The translations under genes and the position numbers were made by a program. The notes below the pieces were generated by a model that searched no databases, was not told where the DNA came from, and saw only the letters and a list, made by a program, of their open reading frames with translations. From Eledone cirrhosa (Eukaryota), in contig OZ024740.1 in assembly GCA_964016885.1 (NCBI GenBank), positions 210,242,001 to 210,306,000 of the forward strand: a stretch of 64,000 nt of DNA. The letters are read 5' to 3'. Shown piece by piece: positions 50,659 through 63,488 of this stretch (position 1 is its first letter; the number at the start of each line of letters is the position of its first letter).

Positions 50659-50729
50659 CCTTTGTTCTGTCCTACGCCATCTTGTTTTTGTGTCACACAA
50701 AAACAAGATGGCGTAGGACAGAACAAAGG
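50659..50729. repeat. Perfect 71-bp palindrome (35-bp arms, 1-nt centre)
   Basis: CCTTTGTTCTGTCCTACGCCATCTTGTTTTTGTGT-C-ACACAAAAACAAGATGGCGTAGGACAGAACAAAGG. Confidence 0.97.
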
Positions 50730-51185
50730 CAGAACACACACACACACATATTTGTCTTAATAGACACCTGAACTGTTGACCCTTCAACATGACTGCAACT
50801 CTCACACACACATCCCCACTGACCACTATCACAACAATGACGCACTTTACTACACACACACACAAGCATTTTTGCAACACGAATTGGCGCGAAATCTATA
50901 GTGCTTATTCACGAGACATTCAATAACCAACCAAATCTTAATACCTCTGGAGTCACTTTTTTCACATAAAACAGGAAGAATTTCCAAAACTGATCAGATT
51001 AGAGTAAAAATCACGAGCGCTCTATCTCAAAATTATTTTTGAAAAGCATTAGAAATGCGCAACCGGTAAAAACTTAAAACTAAAACTAAATACTAACTAA
51101 TACTTATTACTAATTTATACTTATTCCTAATTAAACTATTTTTCACTGGGAAAAATCTGTCAGTATTTTCTTTTCCTTTTTACTA

Positions 51186-52427
<1,242 letters not shown>

Positions 52428-52700
52428 CTACTATTTTTTAAGGCAATGCAAGCAACAACTATCTAATAATTAAATGATCATAGTGAATTACTGACAAGTG
52501 ATTGACATTTTAAAGTTCTTTTGAGTATAATTGCAATCTAGTTGAGGCAACTGGCTTAATGACAAAGCTAGTAAATCATGAATGCATTTGAGATGATTAG
52601 TGCATAATAGTGAATTGGTGAAACTTGTGCATTTCAATGGTGTTACAACAATAGATGTAAGTTATATAGTAGTAATACTTTATCATTTTAACTTTTTAGA

Positions 52701-53060
52701 ATGGACAAAAACCAATGCAAAGAAATGACTTTGACTGCAGTGATTCTCTCCAATTTACTTACAAAGCAAAACGTGGTCAAATACCTTATCATCTCTGATA
52801 AAATGCCCATTGAATCACTGAAAATCGGATGCATGGAATTCCTCATAAAATGCACCTATGAATCGGAAGCCATCACATATATCAATGGATATAGGGAGTT
52901 GTTCACACTGGAAGACCATCACTTCATTTGTGACTTCATCAGTTATCTCCACGATTATCTCAGACACCCAATGCCATTGATGAGAGGTGATCCAATGTGT
53001 GAGCATGTAACTAATCTTATAGAAGTTGTTATCGACCACCTGGCTTTTAGTGACATTTGA
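52701..53060 (+). CDS. 119-aa ORF with a BTB/BACK-like helical motif, probable Helentron cargo
   Basis: ILSNLLTKQNVVKYLIISDKMPIESLKIGCMEFLIK resembles the post-BTB (BACK/SPOP-type) pattern LtxeNvxxxLxxAdxxxxxxLkxxCxxFI. Preceded by GTAAGT (52657) ... TTTTTAG (52699). Confidence 0.5.
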   Translation: MDKNQCKEMTLTAVILSNLLTKQNVVKYLIISDKMPIESLKIGCMEFLIKCTYESEAITYINGYRELFTLEDHHFICDFISYLHDYLRHPMPLMRGDPMCEHVTNLIEVVIDHLAFSDI

Positions 53061-53062
53061 CT

Positions 53063-56000
53063 GATTTGACTATTTTTTCGTGATTTGATACTTTCAGAAA
53101 CTGAGAAAAATCGAAATGGCCCCACTGCACGTGCAAAACCAAAACGGCATTTTTTACGCAAATTTTTCTCTCTCCCCACTATTCTCCAACATGCTTTGCC
53201 ACAAGTATGGACTAGGAACCGTCTAACGAGATTTGCCAAGTTTGGGCTGGCCACAGGGGATGGTAGCCGGCAAGTAATGCAGCGTTCAATAAATTGCTTG
53301 ATTTTTTCTTTAGGATCTTTGTCAAAAATTACACTGTCCCGAACCCAGGCTTTAAGGTGAATGTGAGGGGCACCACGTTGTTGATACTCGAGTCGCCAAA
53401 AGTAATGAATAATTTCCCCAAATGGGCCTTTTTTATTTAAAATTACATCATGAAAAACAGCACTAAAACGATGGTGAAAGTACTCACTGACAGCCACAAC
53501 ATCATTTGCAAAGAGATTCCCTATCGGCCTTGTTTCAACATTTGCAATGTCTTTATTGAGTTTTTCCAAAAATTCCCTCAAGCCTGGCCAAAAGTATTCA
53601 GCACATGAAAGAGTGATAAACAAATGGGCAGGACCGAATTTCTCATCTATGGCATTCAAGTCGGAGCACTTGCGTTCCCAAAATGGCTTTGTTCCACGAA
53701 CATTCGCCATCATCATTGACAAACCACTTTCCAATTGTTCATCATTGGCTTCCAATCTTTTATAAAATTGAGCAAGTGTCAATTTTCGACTTTTGAGTGA
53801 TTTCATTACAGCATAAATGCCAGAATCTAGTGCTCTTTTGTCAGCCTTGTCCAAATTGTAGAGAATGTACTGAATGTCTCTACGAAACCGGGGGTCCTCA
53901 TGTCTGAGTCTGTTTCTGATGAACATGTATGGCTTTACTCTACCATGGGGTCTATTCATGTGCATCATTCCAAATTTTCCTTTTGGAAATAAGTGGGGGA
54001 AGCCTCATCAGATCCAGGTTTGGATCATTGTCCGGAAGAAGAGTACCTTCAACTCGTTTCATGCGAAACAGTTCAAGGTCTTTTTGATTTGGGAGTGCGG
54101 GCTTGATTTGCTGTACAGTATGGTGTTCATAGACTGTTTCAGCACCAGTTTGTGTGAGAATGTATGGAAAATTGATGGAAACATTTTCACCAGTGCATGT
54201 AACAATGTCCTCTAAATTTGTGGTTCTGTCTATCAAAATGTCATTGTAAATGTCATTGTTGTTTTTCAGCCACTCCAAGGCATCAAAGACATTTTGCATA
54301 TTCACTAGCGATCGCCAAATTGTGCCCTTTTTAGTTGGAAGACTATCAACAATTGTTTCAAATGCATCATTTTGATTCGATGGAAGTTTTTTCATTACAT
54401 GATTGATTGTTTTCTACTGGTAGTGGCATGTGAGTTGCTATTCCTTTAATAGCAGCTACTAGATCTGATGGTGCACCTTTGAAACGATAGGGTGACAATT
54501 TAATGACATTGATGAAGCATTTGGCCATTTGGATCAAAATCTGCTCATACTTTGACAACACATTTGGAATTTTGACCACTTTTAGGCCATTGATTGAAGC
54601 CAATGATGGTATCGACTTTTTGACAAGACTATTTCTACATGTAGAGCAAATCGTACATGGTAGAGAGTAGTTTTGTTGAATGGTTTCCAGGAGATAGGGA
54701 TTTGTCAAAGGGCTCCAATCCTCCCAGACTTTGAGTTTAGCATCTAATTCTCGTTGTTTGCAAATGTCACAGGAGTTGATTTTCATTTTTTGAATCTCTT
54801 TATTAAAATGTTTGATAATGGATGCAAAATTGGCCATGATTGAGGATTCTGAATGCAAGCTCTCATTTTCATTTTCCACTATCTCATTCAAACGGCTTAG
54901 CAGATTGTTGGACATGTTTTTGGGATTTACTAGATCATCAAACATTGACCAATTTCCTTCCAAGATTGAAATGTCATAGGAGTCTAGCCAGACACAGACT
55001 GATCTCACTTTGTACACACATCTCAGAAGTGTACGAATGCGAGGAGAGTGAGGAGCCATACTTCGAATCAGTTCAAGTCCATTTGTGCAGTCAGACTGTC
55101 CTATGCAATAGATGTTGTCCCTATGGAATCCTTTACACTGCTCAAAGATTTCCATTTTTTTCCGAATTTGGGACACAGTCAAATCAGGTGAAAGTTCATG
55201 TATGGCCTTGTGCATTCGTTTAGCTAGCTTTAGACGTGCAGTGGGATCTGGGCAATTTGACGGGGGACCAAATTTGCACAATCTAGCCAAAGTCAGAAGT
55301 TCTGTACATTTTCTGCCATCAAAATCTTCCTGGTCACTTTGCTCACCCCCCTCTTTTTGTGCATCTGTCTCACTTTGCTCACCTCCATCAGTTGGCTCAT
55401 CTACCCCTCTTTGTGGACATTCACTTTGCTCACCTCCATCAGTTGGCTCATCTACCCCTCTTTGTGGACATTTCTCACTTGGCTCATCACCATCTTTGCA
55501 CCTGCACTCATTTGTTGGACAGTCATCAGTCAGAAATTTGTGGTTTTCAAGTTGTGTTAGAGGAAAATAATCAACTGTACTTTTTGGGAATAGAAAGTGT
55601 TCATTTGTGAAAGTATGGTAAAATATTTCCCCCCAGTATGCAGTCAACCCCTCCTTCTTCGCTAATTTGATGTGTGCATAAACTGAAGCCATTGTTTTTT
55701 TCAATTCATTAAACATGAAATTTCGAATTCCCTGTGCTTCTCTGTAGATTTTGGAAACTTTTTCAAGGCCCTGTTTGAATTTCTTCCTATACTGTGCCCG
55801 ATTTTTGGTTTTTCTTTTTTCGAAGCCAAATATGATTTTGTGAATTTGTGTAACATGATTTCCCTTTGCATGCGAATGTCTTTAAATCGTTGAATTCGTT
55901 TTTTTCTGTACAAAAATTTATTTTTGTTGTATCAACCGTGCATTTGTAAAATAATAATGTGAAAAATATCTGGCATCTTTTTCTTTTCCTTCTTCTCCTG

Positions 56001-56555
56001 TTCTCAATCTATGTGCTTTTTGATACAATGCCTGTTGACTTTTGCCCTCATCGCCTGCTCTCACTCTGTGTTCTTTTTGATTCAATGCATGCTGATTTTT
56101 GCCCTCATCACCTGCCCTCAGCCTGCGCACTTTTTGATACGATGCCTCCTGACTTTTGCCCTCATCGCCTCTTCTCAGTCTATATGCTTTTTGCCATGCC
56201 TTATTTTAAATTTTGCTTCGTCTGATTGTCTTTTTTCTCTTATTTCTGCAGCTTTGCGTTGTCTGTACTCCCTATTCCTAATTGCAGTTTTTCTCCGTTT
56301 TTCATTCTCTTTATCAATGTTTTGATCTTTGTCAGTCTCATTGAATTCAAATTCAGGTCCAGGATTTAATTCGACACAACCGATTATGAGTAATGATAAG
56401 ATTAACGCGCGCGTTCTATATTTATGATTGGAAATAGGATAATTTCGTTTTTTGGATTTGTAAAAGCTGGCATGAATGTGAATTTGATCAGTCCAATTGC
56501 CCGATTTTAGTGAAAAGTTTTGATTCGAAATGGAAATACTCCATTTCCGTGCCAT
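53063..56555 (-). pseudogene. Helentron/Helitron2 Rep polyprotein, frameshifted and truncated before the catalytic Tyr motif and helicase
   Basis: Collinear ORF pieces: GCVELNPGP; 19-aa basic repeats; CDIC...CSTC...IPSLASINGL and VFDALEWLKNNN (DUF6570-like); NVRGTKPFW, LFITLSCAE, EYQQRGAPHIH (HUH) and HTC...CRFGF. At least four frame breaks. Confidence 0.88.
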
Positions 56556-57121
56556 AGAAAAAAAATTTAACTCACATGTTTACCTATATTTTCGCAAACT
56601 ATTGATAGATTGGTACAAAAAATAGCTTTGATAATAAACATAAATTTTTATTAACGAAGTATTTAAAAAGCATTTTAGCAGTGAAAAGTGAAGTAATGTT
56701 TCACACTGACGCAAGTAGGGCCGTTCAGAAATGACGTAGTCAATTAGGAGGAGGGGATTCGGCGATTTGACTAACGTAATCACAATCAATCACAAGAGTT
56801 CCGCCGAAAAAAATTCGTCATTTCTGGATGACCCCGTAGAGAGAGAGAGACTCGTAATTACCTCCCCTTGTTATCTCGGGCCGATTCTCATAGATGCATC
56901 AAATGCACACAGCGTCACGCTTACTACTCACATACTTGAACACAAGATTTATCAGCAAACTTTGATTATAAACTTTTTCCCGCTGGACCAAATTTCTAGA
57001 TTTTTAAGCCAAAAGATGCGTAATGATCTACTGTTCATGCTCATATAAGTTTTATCTCAATTAAATAAAGTAGAGCCGCGCTGTACTGTCGTAAACAGAC
57101 GATTGCCAACGAAAACACGAC

Positions 57122-57154
<33 letters not shown>

Positions 57155-57186
57155 AGATCAAAAGATGGTTAAAGGAGTTCAATATA

Positions 57187-57253
57187 TTTTATTATGCGCA
57201 TTTCAAAAACAAACATCATCAAACAATAATATTTGTGTTTTCATCAGATAAAA
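57187..57253 (-). ncRNA. Type I hammerhead ribozyme (left arm)
   Basis: Reverse complement of 63261-63327. Confidence 0.82.
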
Positions 57254-58493
57254 CAGGAGAACATGATATGAAGGCTAAAAAAACACTTGTTGATAGTGCA
57301 GTTTTAAATCAACATATGAAAAGTGGTTTTAGATTGATGTGTGATATTGGGAAAAATATTTTATTTAGAGAGGGGGGGAGAGAAAAGGATGAAAAGGGAA
57401 GGAGATGAGAGGGAGAGATGGGTGATAGAGAGAAAGAGATAGTTTTTATAACTGAGAGGAGATATATTTTATATAGAGGGGTTGAAAACCGTTGGAAGAT
57501 ACTGTATAAATTAAAAATTTTGAAAATTAACGAAGGGAGGATATGTGCGAGGAAAAAATATATTATATTTAGGGAGGGGTGGGGGTGGAAAGGATGAAAA
57601 AAAGGGGAGGAGATGAGAGTGAAGGTGGAAAGGGAGAGATGGGTGATAGAGAGAAAGAGATAGTTTTTATAACTGAGAAAAAGATATAATGTTTTAATAT
57701 AGAGAGGTTGGGAACCGTTGGAAGATAATGTATAAATTAAAGGAATTTGAAAATTAACGAAGGGAAATTATGTATGGAGATAGAGAGAAAAAAATAACGA
57801 AGGGAAATTATGTATGGAGATAGAGAGAAAAAAATAATAATTGTGGGTGAATATTCTAACGTCAAAAGGAGAAATGTAGGAATTTTAAAATTAGCAAAGA
57901 GAAAAAGTTTATGTGTAGAAGGATTTGAGAAAAATAATGTGAAGTTAAAGTTTTTATATTGAATTCATATGTATTAATAATGAGTTCGTTGATGGGGAGA
58001 AAAAAATAATAATAAATTAAGGATGAAATTGAGATTAAAAAGATTTATGATAGAGAGAAAAAATAATAATGATTGCGGATGAATACTCAAAATGTCAAAA
58101 ACAAATGTTATTGTTTTACGAGGAGATATAATGAGGGTGATGAGTAAACGGGTATTATAGAGTGTATAATGCCCTTTAAAGTAAGGTAGATGGGTATATT
58201 TTAAAGAATATATGAGTATATATTAAAAAAAATATATAATAATAAATTAAGGATGAAATTGAGATTAAAAAGATTTATGATAGAGGGAAAAAAATAATAA
58301 TGATTGCGGATGAATATTCAAAATGTCAAAAACAAATGTTATTGTTTTACGAGAAGATAGGATGAGGGAAATGAGTAAACGAGTATTATAGAGTGTATAA
58401 TGCCCTTTAAAGTAAGGTAGATGGGTATATTTTAAAGAGGTGTATGTATATGTGCCTTTGAGAAAAGATTCTAAATTGATAAAGAATTGAATA

Positions 58494-60167
58494 TTAACTG
58501 TATACTTTGTGAAAAGTTCTATGGAATTTATGCAGGCAGATGGAAAACAAATCCGAGCGTCTATTTATTATGGATTCTAGGTTAGAGATAATGGTAAATT
58601 TTTCATTTAGGCAGAGATTACAGATTTTAGATAGAGAGCTGTTCAAGTACGAGGATGCAGAAGAAATCTTTTTCCAAAAGATGTTATATTTAATGTTTTT
58701 GTCTTTTAAGGACCATATGAGTTCTGAGAGAGCAGTGTTAGTTCTTTTAAGTTTGTATTTGAAAGATGAATGATGATTATAGAGACGAGCTTTAAAAGAG
58801 GTGGAAGTGGAGCCAAAATAGGTGAAGGAATTGGTGCTAGTTATAATTTTACATTCATAAATTAAGTTTTTATCGAGGCAATGGTTGTTGAGAGGACATT
58901 TATTTTTAATGCGGCAGTTGCAATTAGAGAGATTATTAATGAGTGATCTAGTGTTATCTATAGAAGGAATTGGATTGGAGAAGTTGTTTGCGATAGGAAT
59001 AATAGGAATAATAGTTTCTTGATTTAGAGTTGGATTATGAACATTTAGCGAAGTTGTGTTTGACGTTGCATTTGGGTTTACAGAAGTTAGCCTAGGGTTT
59101 ACAATGACGTCAGGAGTACTATTATTGTTATTATGAGATTCAATATTGGAAGGAAGAGATTTAGTATTTAATATTTTGTTGTTGTGTTTAGAGATGATGT
59201 TGGAAATATTGGAGGATGTAGAATACGAAAATTTGATGGTGTGTTTGTTAAATATTTTACTATAGATATGTGAGGGAGGGAAGCATTTATTTAAGGCACT
59301 AAAAAATAATTTAGGAATATTGTTATTAATAGAGATGGAGAAAGGAGCATTATACCAGATTATGTTTTTGTATCTAGGTCTTTTATTAAAATTATTGGAA
59401 TGGTTATGATTAAATATTCTACTGTAAGTTTTCCTAGAATTTGTTTCTTTATTATATTTGATTTTATCTGGATAGCCGGCTTTAGAAAGTGCGTTATTAT
59501 AGTAATTGGCGTTAGCATCAAAGATGTTTTTATTAGAAGATATGTTAGATATTCTATTTCCAATATTATTAACTATAGCATTCTTGATATTGGTAGGATG
59601 GTTAGATTTAAAGTTAACATAATTAAGATTCTCATTGTTTTTATGGTAAGGGTAATATAGGCCAGTGTCAAGATTAAGAGATACATCCAAGAAATTAGCT
59701 AGTTTGGTACTATTATCAAATTCAATTTTTAGGTTATGTTGGTTAAAGAGATTACGTATATTGTTCTTAATAATATTAAGTTTAACTATATTGCAATTTA
59801 GGATAGTAAAGAGTCCATCGTCACGATAAATTCCACCGCGAAGTTGAGGAATTTTCCGACTCAAAGAGTTCAAAATGAAGATACCAATTAAATCAGTCAA
59901 TTGGGATGAATCGGATGCTCCCATTGTGATGTCGAAGTTGTTAGAGGTATCGGCTCTGGTCCAATATTCGTTGTTGAACTCTAGGATGGTTTTACGTGCG
60001 GTGAGGATGATGTGAAGTTCATCTGTGGTGATGTCAGAATATTTAAGTGCGAAAGATAGAGCATTATTGAGAAGTGAAGGCGAAATGGAGGAATAGTAGC
60101 TGGCAATATCGAATTGAATAAATTTTAGTTTGTTTTTATTATCCAATTTGTTGAACCAGCCAATCAC
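58494..60167 (-). CDS. 5'-truncated PLE RT + GIY-YIG endonuclease frame, open to its stop
   Basis: Motifs [55 protein letters not shown]...YFGST, [8 protein letters not shown] and CNLCLNEK. No native start. Confidence 0.92.
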   Translation of the reverse strand: [557 protein letters not shown]

Positions 60168-62018
60168 GAGGATAAATCTCAAGGATCACAAAAACAATTT
60201 TCGCACTGAACTACCTGTTAGATTAATCGCCCCCTCTAAATCTGATCCGGGGGTTGTTAGTAAAGCCATCTTGGATAGGATTATCCCACAGGTTAGTTCT
60301 AATTGCTCTTCTTTAAACCTAAATTTATGGTTTGGTACTTCTGAAGTGATTGGCTGGTTCAACAAATTGGATAATAAAAACAAACTAAAATTTATTCAAT
60401 TCGATATTGCCAGCTACTATTCCTCAATTTCGCCTTCACTTCTCAATAATGCTCTATCTTTCGCACTTAAATATTCTGACATCACCACAGATGAACTTCA
60501 CATCATCCTCACCGCACGTAAAACCATCCTAGAGTTCAACAACGAATATTGGACCAGAGCCGATACCTCTAACAACTTCGACATCACAATGGGAGCATCC
60601 GATTCATCCCAATTGACTGATTTAATTGGTATCTTCATTTTGAACTCTTTGAGTCGGAAAATTCCTCAACTTCGCGGTGGAATTTATCGTGACGATGGAC
60701 TCTTTACTATCCTAAATTGCAATATAGTTAAACTTAATATTATTAAGAACAATATACGTAATCTCTTTAACCAACATAACCTAAAAATTGAATTTGATAA
60801 TAGTACCAAACTAGCTAATTTCTTGGATGTATCTCTTAATCTTGACACTGGCCTATATTACCCTTACCATAAAAACAATGAGAATCTTAATTATGTTAAC
60901 TTTAAATCTAACCATCCTACCAATATCAAGAATGCTATAGTTAATAATATTGGAAATAGAATATCTAACATATCTTCTAATAAAAACATCTTTGATGCTA
61001 ACGCCAATTACTATAATAACGCACTTTCTAAAGCCGGCTATCCAGATAAAATCAAATATAATAAAGAAACAAATTCTAGGAAAACTTACAGTAGAATATT
61101 TAATCATAACCATTCCAATAATTTTAATAAAAGACCTAGATACAAAAACATAATCTGGTATAATGCTCCTTTCTCCATCTCTATTAATAACAATATTCCT
61201 AAATTATTTTTTAGTGCCTTAAATAAATGCTTCCCTCCCTCACATATCTATAGTAAAATATTTAACAAACACACCATCAAATTTTCGTATTCTACATCCT
61301 CCAATATTTCCAACATCATCTCTAAACACAACAACAAAATATTAAATACTAAATCTCTTCCTTCCAATATTGAATCTCATAATAACAATAATAGTACTCC
61401 TGACGTCATTGTAAACCCTAGGCTAACTTCTGTAAACCCAAATGCAACGTCAAACACAACTTCGCTAAATGTTCATAATCCAACTCTAAATCAAGAAACT
61501 ATTATTCCTATTATTCCTATCGCAAACAACTTCTCCAATCCAATTCCTTCTATAGATAACACTAGATCACTCATTAATAATCTCTCTAATTGCAACTGCC
61601 GCATTAAAAATAAATGTCCTCTCAACAACCATTGCCTCGATAAAAACTTAATTTATGAATGTAAAATTATAACTAGCACCAATTCCTTCACCTATTTTGG
61701 CTCCACTTCCACCTCTTTTAAAGCTCGTCTCTATAATCATCATTCATCTTTCAAATACAAACTTAAAAGAACTAACACTGCTCTCTCAGAACTCATATGG
61801 TCCTTAAAAGACAAAAACATTAAATATAACATCTTTGGAAAAAGATTTCTTCTGCATCCTCGTACTTGAACAGCTCTCTATCTAAAATCTGTAATCTCTG
61901 CCTAAATGAAAAATTTACCATTATCTCTAACCTAGAATCCATAATAAATAGACGCTCGGATTTGTTTTCCATCTGCCTGCATAAATTCCATAGAACTTTT
62001 CACAAAGTATACAGTTAA
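60168..62018 (+). pseudogene. 5'-truncated PLE RT + GIY-YIG frame with a 1-bp deletion near 61835
   Basis: Same protein plus 59 more N-terminal residues (LKDHKNNF...RLIAPSKS). ATCTTTGG here versus ATCTTTTGG in the left arm shifts the endonuclease C-terminus. Confidence 0.92.
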
Positions 62019-63260
62019 TATTCAATTCTTTATCAATTTAGAATCTTTTCTCAAAGGCACATATACATACACCTCTTTAAAATATACCCATCTACCTTAC
62101 TTTAAAGGGCATTATACACTCTATAATACTCGTTTACTCATTTCCCTCATCCTATCTTCTCGTAAAACAATAACATTTGTTTTTGACATTTTGAATATTC
62201 ATCCGCAATCATTATTATTTTTTTTTCCCTCTATCATAAATCTTTTTAATCTCAATTTCATCCTTAATTTATTATTATATATTTTTTTTAATATATACTC
62301 ATATATTCTTTAAAATATACCCATCTACCTTACTTTAAAGGGCATTATACACTCTATAATACCCGTTTACTCATCACCCTCATTATATCTCCTCGTAAAA
62401 CAATAACATTTGTTTTTGACATTTTGAGTATTCATCCGCAATCATTATTATTTTTTCTCTCTATCATAAATCTTTTTAATCTCAATTTCATCCTTAATTT
62501 ATTATTATTTTTTTCTCCCCATCAACGAACTCATTATTAATACATATGAATTCAATATAAAAACTTTAACTTCACATTATTTTTCTCAAATCCTTCTACA
62601 CATAAACTTTTTCTCTTTGCTAATTTTAAAATTCCTACATTTCTCCTTTTGACGTTAGAATATTCACCCACAATTATTATTTTTTTCTCTCTATCTCCAT
62701 ACATAATTTCCCTTCGTTATTTTTTTCTCTCTATCTCCATACATAATTTCCCTTCGTTAATTTTCAAATTCCTTTAATTTATACATTATCTTCCAACGGT
62801 TCCCAACCTCTCTATATTAAAACATTATATCTTTTTCTCAGTTATAAAAACTATCTCTTTCTCTCTATCACCCATCTCTCCCTTTCCACCTTCACTCTCA
62901 TCTCCTCCCCTTTTTTTCATCCTTTCCACCCCCACCCCTCCCTAAATATAATATATTTTTTCCTCGCACATATCCTCCCTTCGTTAATTTTCAAAATTTT
63001 TAATTTATACAGTATCTTCCAACGGTTTTCAACCCCTCTATATAAAATATATCTCCTCTCAGTTATAAAAACTATCTCTTTCTCTCTATCACCCATCTCT
63101 CCCTCTCATCTCCTTCCCTTTTCATCCTTTTCTCTCCCCCCCTCTCTAAATAAAATATTTTTCCCAATATCACACATCAATCTAAAACCACTTTTCATAT
63201 GTTGATTTAAAACTGCACTATCAACAAGTGTTTTTTTAGCCTTCATATCATGTTCTCCTG

Positions 63261-63327
63261 TTTTATCTGATGAAAACACAAATATTATTGTTTGATGATG
63301 TTTGTTTTTGAAATGCGCATAATAAAA
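63261..63327 (+). ncRNA. Type I hammerhead ribozyme (right arm)
   Basis: Stem I TTTTAT/ATAAAA, core CTGATGA (63267-63273), 16-bp stem II with one mismatch, GAAA (63310-63313), palindromic stem III ATGCGCAT. Predicted cut after AUA at 63321. Confidence 0.85.
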
Positions 63328-63450
63328 TATATTGAACTCCTTTAACCATCTTTTGATCTTATATTATGCATACTCCAGTCCCACAAACTGTAGAGTGCTT
63401 CTTATCCGATATCTGCATTGCTTTATTGTACTACAATAAAACTCACCTCC

Positions 63451-63488
<38 letters not shown>

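Larger units (their letters stand above)
57147..63453. mobile_element. Young Penelope-like retroelement: two 5'-truncated copies head-to-head in a (TA)n site
   Basis: 57147-60167 is the near-perfect reverse complement of 60346-63367, with a 178-bp coding spacer, an 86-bp tail on the right copy only, and (TA)n on both sides. Confidence 0.96.

Noticed and set aside
60130-60182. Predicted N-termini of the two PLE ORFs (MFLLSNLL..., MRFILV...)
   Set aside because: They come from reading across the inversion junction from TTG codons. Both copies are 5'-truncated.
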